Source of the DNA: Tricharina praecox
Taxonomy: Eukaryota
Assembly: GCF_024521635.1 (NCBI RefSeq)
Contig: NW_026250411.1
Coordinates: 620,001 to 684,000, forward strand
Reading direction: 5' to 3'
DNA length: 64,000 nucleotides
Within the stretch, counting starts at the first letter, position 1. Each line of letters starts with the position of its first letter. A model generated the notes under the pieces. It was not told where the DNA came from and did no database searches. It saw nothing but the letters and a program-made list of their open reading frames with translations. Of the stretch, positions 24,743 through 37,824 are shown one piece after another. A program made the translations under genes and the position numbers.

Positions 24743-25267
24743 CCGGGTCGCGCCGGTGATGGAAGCTGGGATGCAGCGGGTAATCGCTGCTTGCTACATT
24801 GATACTGTGGGGATGGAGGAATTCACGAATAATGATAGAGGAATAGAGTATGCTACATGTGATGTATGGATGAGGTGTGCCGTAGATGGATGGGGGTTCC
24901 ACTAGTAACTGCAACTGCAATAGACGATTTGCAGTCATCCTTTTTTGCCTGTGCACCTGTCTCGAGAACTCGGGGATAATGTGGCTACGGTCTCAAAATA
25001 TCCTAAATTGGGTTATCCGCGGCGTCGGATGATGCGGGGAATCCTCTTTGATTTCGGGGCTTTCGTGCAGTGGGTATTGTCCGGCCCAAGCCGTACAGCG
25101 ATCCGATGGTTACCCAACAACCCACCCCCACCTTCGGTAGACACTATGACCGGCGCCACCACCAGTCGGAACGAGTATATACCTCCCCTTGACCCCACCT
25201 TCAAGCCTCTCAACTCCCACCTCCTCCCCCATCACCATTCAATCAACTTCTTCAATTGATCATCACC

Positions 25268-26725
<1,458 letters not shown>

Positions 26726-26934
26726 GTTCCGGAGACGCATCCAAAACTTTCGTAGTAATCTTTTGTTTTCCTCTCTGCTTCCCCCGGGGTTTGGGGGTTC
26801 CGGCCACAATCTATCTACTTGCTGTTTGCAAAATCTGAATCTTTGAGTTCAACTGCTTTTAGTAATACTGGTACTCCTAAACTATAAACGACGAAAGGCA
26901 GCAAAGGTAGCGAAGAAAGGATGGGGGTTGGGTT

Positions 26935-27006
26935 AGGTGGGTTATGGTAGGTAGGTGGGTTATAGTAGGTAGGTGGGTTATAGTAGGTAGGTGGGTCATA
27001 GTAGGT
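26935..27006. repeat. 18-bp tandem repeat x4 (AGGTGGGTTATAGTAGGT)
   Basis: Read directly; lies downstream of SFA1. Confidence 0.9.
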
Positions 27007-27542
27007 ATACGGACGACACGACATGATTGATGAGCTCAAAGTAAGTAAGTATGGCATTTTATTGGTTTCGGAGACTGGAAATTCGAGTTCCTTCCGTGAG
27101 AATGCGTGAAGTGAAGCGAAGTGATGGCCATCAATAGTGGTTGGAAACGTCCTGGCTTTGCCATCCTCGTCCCGAATGCCATGCCAGTCATAGGATTAAG
27201 CTATCCATGATCCGAGTGATGCATACGTAAAACGAGAACACCTACCTACTGAAGGGACGGATAAATCGGGTCATACATATGTGGCTAGTAGATATCTCAG
27301 AACGGGTGAGTACACGGAAGTAGATATATCATCTCATTCGTTACAGCCTAAGCAGCCCAGTATTTCAACCCAGACAATTGCTATAACATGGTCTTTGGGC
27401 CACCTCGGCCGCCCATCCATCCACCAAGTAAATCTACTTCCATGCTCATACAGACAAAACAAGATAGGCCACATATGGAAAACGGATACCTAGTCCATCC
27501 ATCCATCCTCCCTTCCTTCCTTCACAAAGCCCCCCATCCCCC

Positions 27543-29207
27543 TCACATAAACTCATCCGCCTTCTTCCTGCCGCGTCTCCTCCTTCCGCTGCCGCCATAC
27601 TCATCGCTGACCAATCCCTCTCCTTTAGCACTCATCATCTTCTGCGCGAACAAGTCGTCGCTGGGCGACGGCGAGCCCGACGACGCGCCGGCGGCGTAGG
27701 AGTTGGCATTGTTTGGCAGCGATATCCGCTCGGCGAGCGACTTGGGCGGCATGGTTATGCGGTCCGCGAGGGACTTTGGTTTCTGCGTGTGCTGCTGGTG
27801 GAAGCCATCGTCTAGCCGCGAATACTGATTGTTGTGACCTTGGGCGCGAGTGGGGAAGAGTTCTGTCGCGGAGGGGCGCGAGGGGAATAGCTCCTTTACT
27901 GGGGCGCGCGTGCTGTGAGTGGGGAATAGTTCGCGAGAGGCGTTGGTGCTGGGGTGTAGTGGCGCTGTGGGCTGGTACTGGTCCATTGCGGCGGTGGAGA
28001 CGAAGCCGTGCGACTTATCGGGGAACAGCTCTTTCGTTGTGCCGCCGTGGATGGTGCGCTCGGGGAATAGCTCCCTGCCGCTTCCACCACCGCCCTGGAC
28101 GCGCTCCGGGAACAGCTCCTTCGGCGGCCGCTGCCGGGATCGCGAGCGGTCTGCGCGCTGTCGCGAGGGGAAGAGTTCCACCGGCTCTTTTTCGTAGGCG
28201 CCACGCTCGCCGCGCGTCCGGCTGCGGACCGGGCTTCTGCTCCTTCGGTGATCGCGCGACGGCGCCCTCCGTGGCGAGCGCGAGCGACGGCGATATTCGG
28301 GGGAGTAGGAGCGGACTCTAGATGCTGGGCGCGAGCGCTTCCGTGGTCCCGCATCGTCATACATGTCCTCCGCATACTCGTCGTTTCTTCGTCGCGCGGC
28401 GTCTTCCCGGGAATCGTAGTGTCGCCGCGAGTAGTCCCCGCGACTGCCGTCTCGGGATCGGTCCTGGCGAGGTCGGCGCTCCTTCCGCTCGCGCTCGAAC
28501 CGCTCCGCCTTGTCTTCTTCCGGGTGGAAAAGGTAATACCTGCTCCGCTCCCTGGCACCGCGCTCCTTGCGATCGCTCGGTCGTGATATCCGAGCCAGTA
28601 ATCGTGAGTCTACCGACTGTGAGAACGGTCGCGCGGCACGGAGCTCGAGGAGCGGCAGCTCTAGTTCGGCGGCGTTGGCTGTAAGCGCGTTGAGCACGGA
28701 TATCGCGACACCTGGTGACTCGTAAACAAGGTTGAGGGACGTGTCGTCGATCCATTCTATTCGCACGACAGGGGTTGAGCAGTGTTCGGCGACGTAGGCT
28801 TTCACTTGGCCTGTGCTGAGCTGCAAGTCACGAGTCAGCTGGAAGGACGGCAGGGAGGAAGGGGAGGAGCTGTGGGTAAATACATTATCAACACCGCGAA
28901 GGTGAACGCGCTCCGGAACCATAACATCTTCCTCTGAGCTTGTGGCGGTGGTGACGGCGGCAGTCGAAGGTTCCATGTCCACCATCATCGCGTCGGCATT
29001 GCCGTTGGTTGGCGCTGGCGCTGGCGCGCTGGCTTGGAAGTCGTCTTCGTAGTCCATAAGAATGTCGTCGTCATCGTAGGTCTGGATGTTGGGCATTGCT
29101 AGAGTCTGTGGAGGTGAAGCGCCGAAGCCAGACATGTTCGCGGTCGTGGGTGCTGTGGGTGATACGGGAACGAGTGCTGGTGCTGCTGTCGGGTCGAACT
29201 GGAACAT
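27543..29207 (-). CDS. NCBP3: Nuclear cap-binding protein subunit 3-like (DUF2414) with RS-rich region
   Basis: PERVHLRGVDN-[in-frame intron]-LST...RIEWIDDTSLNLVY...DRKERGARERSRYYL. The start could be a downstream ATG. Confidence 0.85.
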   Translation of the reverse strand: MFQFDPTAAPALVPVSPTAPTTANMSGFGASPPQTLAMPNIQTYDDDDILMDYEDDFQASAPAPAPTNGNADAMMVDMEPSTAAVTTATSSEEDVMVPERVHLRGVDNVFTHSSSPSSLPSFQLTRDLQLSTGQVKAYVAEHCSTPVVRIEWIDDTSLNLVYESPGVAISVLNALTANAAELELPLLELRAARPFSQSVDSRLLARISRPSDRKERGARERSRYYLFHPEEDKAERFERERKERRPRQDRSRDGSRGDYSRRHYDSREDAARRRNDEYAEDMYDDAGPRKRSRPASRVRSYSPEYRRRSRSPRRAPSRDHRRSRSPVRSRTRGERGAYEKEPVELFPSRQRADRSRSRQRPPKELFPERVQGGGGSGRELFPERTIHGGTTKELFPDKSHGFVSTAAMDQYQPTAPLHPSTNASRELFPTHSTRAPVKELFPSRPSATELFPTRAQGHNNQYSRLDDGFHQQHTQKPKSLADRITMPPKSLAERISLPNNANSYAAGASSGSPSPSDDLFAQKMMSAKGEGLVSDEYGGSGRRRRGRKKADEFM

Positions 29208-29520
29208 GCGCTGAAGACGTGGTCCAGGGGGGTTGTCGCGGTGATCAGACGCGGGATATATAGTCGTTGTGGCGGAGGAAGATCAAAGGGCTGTGGTGTA
29301 TCGTGCGCTCTTGTGTGTTTGTTGTTATCGTGCAGGCTCCATTCAAATGTGTGAGGTGACATGAAACTCGCCCTTGCTTGACTTTATTTAGCTTTGCTGG
29401 TCCTCGCTCGGCTCAAGGTTGCGGAGCCGCAGAGCCGCCATCCGCACCAATCACCTCCACTTGCCCAACGTTGTCTTCCTCGACCCTCCATTCCCTGCAT
29501 AAACGGAACCGAAACCAAAC

Positions 29521-30880
29521 ATGCCCGCTTCCGACTCTCCCCAAATACTGATCGGTCGCTACCTTCAGTCCAATGGCTATTCAAAGGTCCTCAAGCCTCC
29601 AACGAAGAAGATGAAATAGCTTCCACAGCTGACACTTCCTTGATTCGAATAAAGTCCCTCGCTGCCTTCCTTGAGGAAACGAACCTCACCGAAGAAAACC
29701 TTCAAGCTAAAGACCCAACCACCGCATTGACCATTGAGAAGGTTCTCGACGAGAAGAGGCTCTACGACCTCTCGCTTAAGCTTGAGAAGGTTGAGGTTAA
29801 CGATGAAGACCCCGACTTTACCCAACCATGTTTGTTCCTGTCGTATTCACGATAAATCACTCGAGTAACCAATTCTCTTTAGATCCCTCAATAGCTACCG
29901 AGATAACACCGGCAGATATCAAGGCTGCCAACATCCTTTTTGTCTCTGTCGTTCCAGCCCTTGCGCCCTTTGATGACCCGGTAATAATCTCTACCGCTGC
30001 CGACCGCTCACTACGTCTCTACTCCGCACAAGCACCACACGCTCTCTTCCGGGACTTCACATCGCCCGCCGACTCGGCCATCCTCTCCGTGACCGTAGTG
30101 GAGGACAAATGGCTTTTGATATCGACCATGACCGGGCGTCTCTCGCTACTCTCCGCTGATACCGGTGACACCGTTGCCACCATCCGCCCGCATGAGAAAT
30201 ACGCGATCCGCGTTCTCTACGAAGCACCCTACGTGATCTCCGCCGCCTATGACAAAACCCTCTGCCTCCACACGCTCGCCGTGTCCCCCTCAGGGACCCC
30301 CTCCTTCTCCTCGTCCCCCTCCAGCAAGCTCACCCTCGCCACGCCCCCGGAGGCGTTAGCGATGGTTACGCTCCCCGCCACCAAAGCCCGGGCAATCGTC
30401 TTTTCGCGGCGCGACTCGACCTCACTGTACTACCACCTGCTCCAACCGACGCTTCCCTTCCACTCCGAGCGCGCTCTCGCCGCAGAACACTCCTGGATCT
30501 CGTACCACGCGATGAGCATCGCCGTGCACCCGAGCAACCCCGCGCTCCTCGCTGTCGCCACAAGCTCCGTGCCGCACATGAAGTTCTTGCTGGTGGAGGT
30601 CGACAGCGACGTCGTGCTGCAGGAGCTGTTTACCGGCGCCCCGCAGAGCGCATATTCCACTGCTGTCGTGGCGTGGCGCCCGGACGCCTCCGGCGTCTGG
30701 TTGAATGCTGATGAGGGCGTTGTGAGAGGGCTCGAGGTCAAAAGGGGGAAGGTCAAGGCTACGTTGAAGGCGTGTGATGGCGGAGAGAAGGTGCGCACTC
30801 TGTGGGCTGGGGATGTGGACGGGAGGGAAGTGCTCGTTACTGGCGGGTTCGATAAGGGGCTCAAGGTGTGGACGGTGTAA
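29521..30880 (+). CDS. LisH-motif plus WD40-repeat protein; 2 introns
   Basis: MPASDSPQILIGRYLQSNGYSK-SLAAFLEE (LisH-like), then WD units STAADRSLRLY, SAAYDKTL, TGGFDKGLKVW. Confidence 0.85.
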
Positions 30881-32415
30881 ACGGTGGAGGGAGGGAGGAT
30901 TGTCTTGCTTGCTTGGGAAAGTTGATGGGTCTCAGGGCACTCATAAAGGGAGCCGATAGGTATGCATTCTGGAGTTTAAAAGCACACAGTCGAATCGCTA
31001 CGCTAGATAAGTAGGTAGGTAGACACGCAACGGGTATTGGGTATCACTACTTGGTAGATACCACGATGAGTATTCCTCGATGCCCCACAGCTGTATGTAC
31101 CTCCATACCTACTAGGCCTCTCACCACAAAGCTCAGCCGTACCAGTTCCAGTTCCAGTTCCGTACCAGTTCCGCCCCATTCGAGCTCGCGAAAGGCACAC
31201 GGGCATGCAATGTGCATGACGGGGTATCAACGATTGTGCACCTACTTTGTAGCTTCCTGACATGGTACCATCCGCCGGCTCGGTTATGTACGATATTCTG
31301 GCACCAGCTCCAGCCTCCAGCCTCCAGGGCCAGAGGCAAAGGCAAAGGCAAAACTGTCAGCCCGGGCCGGGCCTGCGCAGCAGCAGCAGCAGCAGCAGCC
31401 GACAGGCTGACGTCCCAACTCAGAAGTGACGATGTGACGATGTGGCGATGTGGATGTGACGATGTGGATGTGACGCCGCGATAGCACTTGCCCTCGCCCT
31501 CGGTAGGTGGTAGGCACCCTGTACTGTATCATACCGTATCTCGCACATCTCACATCTCGCACATCTCGCACACCGGGATACTACCTACATACCGTATTTA
31601 GGCTCGTAAGCGGCGCGGCGTGGGGGAAGGGGAGGAGGTGCGGGGGACGGGGTGATGGGGGGCTTACACGCCGTCATACGGCGTCTACCGGTACTTTATT
31701 TACCGGACTAGGTATAGAGTAAGCGCGCGCGGGCCGGCCATATCATAGAATCTGGATAACTATTATATACGCTCAGTCACACGCGCACTTCTAGATGTCT
31801 CATAGATGGATCCACGCGAAGTATTTGTAGTACATATTTGTGGGGTAACTATCCTGGAGCTTGCATACCGTACCGACCGCACCGCACCGTACCGCACCGT
31901 ACCGCACCGCACTTATGCAGATGGACGACGGGCAGATGTGCGATAGCTAGCCTAGCTAGAGGCTCGTAACTTCGTATTCACCCCCCGCCCTAGTTCTGCT
32001 TGTTGGAGCTGCGGGGTGATCGTCAACCGCTTGCGGAAATCGCTGCGTGGCTACCCGGAGATATGTCTGCTCTGGTCGGAACCAACGAGAGTAGAGGGGA
32101 GATGGGAGAGTGAACACGGGGTGTTTACTACGATTTAGAATTTGGAACTTGGAAGTCCTTCCGGGTGCGTGCTGGAGAGGATTCAAAGCAATTTCACAGT
32201 GGTCACTTTTGCAATCGGAGGCAATGAATATTAAACATTCAGTCTGATCGATTTGGCCAATCTAACCGCCATGATTTAACCAAACGATCCCATATCCATA
32301 TGTACCAATCGACCACCGAACCTCTCAAAGTGGAAGCTATAGATACAAATTCCTCGTGGGTCCTACATAGGTAGTCGTAGTCCCCAGCCAGAAAGATTTC
32401 CCCCCCAGAGTGCCA

Positions 32416-33419
32416 TTACAATTTGGCCACCTCCTTCCTCCTCCAAACCGAGATCATATCGCTGCCCTCACCGACCTGGTGGGTGCGCTTCGGCATGTAG
32501 TGCATGACCTTGTCGAAGTTCTTCCTAAGAAGGGCATCATAGTCCGAAGACCTAATGCCGTGCGGCGGTCCACCGGTCTCCGCAGGCCTGAATAGCGGAT
32601 ACTCCAGGCACACCAGCAGACCGGTTCCAGGCGTGATGAGTTGGGCCATTCTCGCGGCCCACTTCTGGCGCATGGTAGGGTTCATGGCCACCAGGAACTG
32701 TGAGGAAGGAGTTGTCAGTGCGAGATGAGAGAGGGAGTAGGAGGGAGGAGACAAACAGCATAATCGTAGACCAGCTCGAACTCGCCCTGCTTCATTCCCG
32801 TAACCTTGAGCCACTCGTCTTCGAAGAAGTCGGCGAGGATGAACTCGCAGGGAGCGAGCTTCTTGACGTCGACTTTGCCGGAGGACACCTGGGCCTGCAC
32901 CCACTTCTTGGCCTCGCGGACGGCAGAGCCAGAGATCTCAACGCCCACGGTAGAGTATCCGTGGGAGGCAAAGAGGAGAGCATCGTAGCCACGGCCACAG
33001 CCCTTATTGTGTTAGATGGTAGTAGAGTCAGAGGGATTGGAGGGCTTACAGGGACGAGAGCAGTCTTGCTGGTGTGGGCTGCGAGAAGTGGACGCACTTC
33101 GGGGCTGTTGAGGAGGTCCTCGAGTGCCGGGCTAGCACAGAACTTGTCCCAGGGAAGGAAGTTTCCTTCGTCCCAAAGACTGGACCACTGCTTGCCGTGC
33201 TCCTCGATGGGGCTGGGAAAGTGTTAGCTAGGTGGATATGCAGAGTCACGGTATGAGGAGGTATGCATGGAGGTATGCATGTACAAGAATTGAGGTATAG
33301 AGGGGTACGAACACAGCGAGGAAGTGATTGCGGAAGGTCTCGCGGGCCTCACTGGGCTGGAGGATCTCCTCCGCCGTCACGAAGTAGCGGGACTTGTCGG
33401 TGATGAGAGTGTCCGACAT
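32416..33419 (-). CDS. TPMT-family SAM-dependent thiol/halide methyltransferase; 3 introns
   Basis: WSSLWDEGNFLPWDK, ALVP-GCGRGYDA, GVEISGSAV, ADFF, FELVYDY, R..WA.RMAQLI.P..GLLVCLEYP...GGPPHG. Ends -AKL. Confidence 0.9.
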
Positions 33420-36400
33420 GGTGATTTGCTTTGTAGGAAAAGGATAGACGGATGGACGGAGGGACTGGATGGATGGAAAGATAGGTTTTTTGTGAGGTAG
33501 TGGCTGGACTGGATAGATGTAAAGATAGGGTTTTTGTAAGGGAGGTAATAGCTGGTGAGGAGGGAGAGATATGGGCGAAGAAGTCGGTTTATAAACATAT
33601 TGGACGCGGAGTCCATTTCAATAACCTATGGCATGTTAGCCCATGGTATGGTGGAACCTTTTGCTCTAAGATCCAAGTACGGACTTACTTGCATAGAATG
33701 GAATGCAGCTCGGATTCCGCACGGCGGCGGCGGGCACACTGGCAGAGCAGAGGAAGCCTGTTTGGCCGCCCAACGGGGACCAAGCCCAGAAGTGCATTAA
33801 CGATACGCTGCTATCCATTGCTGTTGCAGTAAACAGTAAACAGGATAAGCGAAGGCAGCCCCACTGGTCAGCGGTGACCGTTTCTATGCGGGCAGCTATA
33901 ACTACCGTATTCCAGGCCAACATAAGCATTACCCCTCCAGATCCTCAGCGGTTCGCATGGCCAGTGGTCACTGCCCCCAACTGGAGGCTATCTATCTATC
34001 CCGGTTGGCTCTATAGATTAAGCAGACAGCGGTATGCACTTGACCTACCTACTTTGTCACTCACTTACTTACTCGCCTACATAAAAGTGCACGAACGCCA
34101 CCCCCAGACGCCGCACGTATACCGTTCACGAGCAGGTGGTACATACCAACTTCTTACATCCTACCTACCAACATGGAGCGGCTTTTGTGAAGCCTCAGCT
34201 CTGCGGAGAATCGGTGAGCCGGGAGCTATATCCAACCTCTTAGCCGGCGGCGTGCATTTCCCGCTGAAAACGACCGCTCTCGTGTGGACATCAAGCCTCG
34301 TACACGCCCACAGCCCCGCTTCCAGACATGATCCTTCATGTGCTCCGGACGCCGTAATCTGACAGTCTCTATCTATCTGCAGATATTCGCGGTTCGCAAG
34401 TTGCTCGGTGGTGGGTGCTGAGTACGCGTGCACATGTAGATATCAACAACCCCTCCACCCCTAGAATTCAGGCCGCACATAATACATTACCCACCGGTGA
34501 GAGTCCCTCATCGCATCGGCAGTTGGCGGGCGTCAGAAGTGCAGAATGGGGCATGGACGTCATAAACGCCTTCGGAAGGTGGGATACCCCACTGACTGCC
34601 CGTCGATGCTCTCTTGTCGGTTCGAGTAATTAGCGACAAGGCACTTGTTCCACACGCTTGGGTAATGTGTACATATTGACAGATGTACGAGTATGAATCT
34701 GTGAAGAGTTCTCGTATACGACCTAACGACGGCAGCCTGTCAAGTGCCAGCGCGGATCCGGGAGCGGGCGATCACTCTCCGTACTGTTCGCCTGTTCTTG
34801 CCGTGCGGCGGCTATGTTGCGTGTTGGTATCGGCATCTGCGAAGTCGCTAACCAGTGGAGGCAATAATGTTGAGAAGTTGGGGCCGACCGCCACCGAGAA
34901 TTCTCCACACTCGATAGGTCGGGCATGGCCTCAGAGGGTCTGGATGTTTTTACTCAGAGGCTTTCTGCACTTGCTGGTGTTGAGGGTAATCTGCGTATTG
35001 GCCTCGGATCGGTTGTCGCTCGCCAGCCAGGTGTTGAGGTTTGCCGCTGCGCCCGCCACCCACTCACGGCTGACGGTCACACAAGCAGCATGCAAGAACA
35101 ATAATCAAGTGGAAGCCTGAGCTGTGAGAAAGGGCAGTTGCGGCCATAAAAAATGGACGATGGGTGCCACAACCGTACCGCAAGGAGTTTTATTCCTTCG
35201 ATCGCCTACTTGTGTACCGCCTACCAATGGGGTGTTGGCATCGTGGCAATTGTGCTATATTTTTTTCTGTTTAATCATCATTGCATTTGAACAAATGTGC
35301 TATATGTGGTGCATACGGTACGCATAAACACACAAACAAGCTGTCGCCTGGTGATAAAATTGGAAGAAGAAGACATGAGAGACCGTGATCATGATCAGTA
35401 ATTCCAACTTGTAACGACGTGCATACGCCCTTGAGACAGCATGTGAAAGAAATCCAAAGAAAACGGCAAGCGATACTCAATAGATTCATCTTCTCAACTG
35501 CGCACACTTCCGAGTGCTACGCTATGATAAGGCTCTGAGGTGAATTTGGCCGCTCACTAGTGACTGACAGGGTAACCGTCGGAAAACAAGCATAAATGCT
35601 GAATTTTTGTACTGTACCTTGTTCTCTTTTGCATCGCACACACTCACTTTGTTCCTCTGACGCCTCGACCACTCCCATCCTCCCCCCCTCCCGCCTCTCC
35701 CTGGCTCGATGTTGTATCAAGCACGTACCAGGACGGCGGGGGTGATGGTTGATGTGTATACCCAGTACTCCGCCTTGTTTCCATCTTCAGCGGGTGGATG
35801 GCCCAGTGTATCGACCTCTGGAGCTGGAAACAGTGGTTGGGCATGCTGATGGGTTAGAATTGGATATCTGTGGAATGCGAACTCCTGCCGACACTCTGGT
35901 GTAAACCTTTCGGACTTTTTGTCCGAATATCAGTGGTTTATTCCTATTTAGGTGCAGGAAGAACGAGAATGACTCTTTACTCACCGCGTATCTTCTCCTT
36001 GTGAGCTAGATGGATATAAGTGGTCCTTTTTTGAAGCCTACATACATGTAAACAAATCCAGAAGTTTTTTTTTCTGTTGTGATCGGGATCTAGAATCCTT
36101 CGCTCGCTCCGAGTAGCATTCGTAGCCTCTTTCTTCACCGGATCCGTTCTGCCCCGCAGCGGCGCAGCCTCTTTTTTCACCGGGTCCGTTCTGTCCGACG
36201 GCACACGGAATGGTGAGCCGTGATTCGATCGGCGAGACCGACGAGCACACGCATGCAGAAGGAAGCTCTTCGTATGTAGACGGGATTCGCAACGGCATAC
36301 GGCGTCAGTTCGACGGACTCGAACTCCCGTGAGAAGAAGGAAGCGCAGCGATTCGCATTGCCGGAGATGTCTCGTTTGCTCGTCTTTTCGTAGCCGCTCT

Positions 36401-36535
36401 CCCGCTCGGCTAGTGTGTGTCTTGGCAAATGTCAAGTTTCGGGATGTTGAGTCTTGCAACCCATCATCGCTTGCACCCGCGCAAACATCCATTTCGAGAC
36501 CCACTCCACCGCTCCCGTCAATCCACATCGCCATC

Positions 36536-37300
36536 ATGAACTCCTTCCGGGCTGCCAGATTCGCTCTCCGGGCTAAGCCCACCGCCAACTTCCTCGGACG
36601 CAGGACCTACGCCGAGGCTGCTGCCCCCTCCGACAAAATCCGGTTGTCGCTCAGTGTCCCCCATCAGGTCGGTGGTCCCGATGCTCCGAAGGTTGGCGAT
36701 TGGCGATTGGTTATTGACGCAAGCGACTCTTACTGCAGGCAATCTTCAAGACCAACGATGTGTACGCCGTCCGATGGCCATCTGGGAGTTGGAGGGAGAG
36801 CGCTCGCTGACGAGGAGGGTGTCGTTCAGTATCCAGGTCAACATCCCCGCCGAGTCAGGTGATATGGGTATCCTCGCGAACCACGTTCCCTCGGTCGAGC
36901 AGCTGAGGCCTGGACTCATCGAGATCATCGAGGAGAACGCCGGTGCTAGCAAGCAGTACTTCGGTACGTCATCATCATCCGTCTCATCAGGAATTGCGGG
37001 GGAGGGGTAGCTCATGCGCCGGATGGTTTAGTTTCGGGAGGATTCGCTGTCGTCCAGCCCAACTCCCAGTTGAGCATCAACGCCGTTGAGGCTTTCGCTC
37101 TCGAGGACTTCAGCGCGGAGGCTCTCCGCGCCCAGTTGGCCGAATCTCAGAAGGTTGCCTCCGGCTCCGGAAGCGAGGCCGACATCGCCGAGGCCAAGAT
37201 CGAGATTGAGGTATGTTTGCTGCCGGAGAGGATCGTGCGAGTGGAGCTTTGACTGACGAGATGACAGGTTCTTGAGAGCCTTCAGGCCGCTATGAAATAG
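36536..37300 (+). CDS. ATP16: Mitochondrial F1 ATP synthase delta subunit
   Basis: Presequence MNSFRAARFALR...RRTYAEA; QVNIPAESGDMGILANHVPSVEQLRPG; SGGFAVVQPNSQLSINAVEAF; AEAKIEIEVLE. Confidence 0.97.
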
Positions 37301-37824
37301 AGTGGTTCTGGTTCATCGGGCTGAAGAATGAATCTCATGTAGCATTAGCGATAGAGAAGTGTGAACAAAACTTCAAAATTGTATTCGGATTTTCTCCATT
37401 ATATACTCTCTCTCTCTTTCAATATGTTGGACAACAGTTCTACCCCATTCGAACCTGTATTCTCCCCGATTGAGTCGTGTGCAGGGTTGGGTCCAACTTT
37501 GAATTGGGCCTGACAACCACAGCCTTCAATCTACCTTCTATCACTCGTCCATTCCCTCTCTAGACGGGCTGCAGCTCCCTCACCCTCTTGCCTTTCCATT
37601 GTCAACAGCCCTATCTCGCCGAATTGACCCTTCGATCCGAGACTCGACGATATCTGTACACCTACAATCACCACCGGCTCTTCAATCTGCTTTGAACACC
37701 GACGTTGCTATGATATTTTGACTGACCTTTTTGGATATCCGAGTCACTCGAGGTGCTCATTCACCCATCATCTGAAAACGGGGAAGGAACTGCCTGCTGA
37801 TGATCACGAATCGGATGTTTCCAG

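Noticed and set aside
31960..32260. Possible structured RNA (snRNA or RNase P/MRP)
   Set aside because: Only isolated fragments (AATTTGG, GGAAGTCC) were seen, and the required partner motifs were not found. An Rfam scan would be needed.
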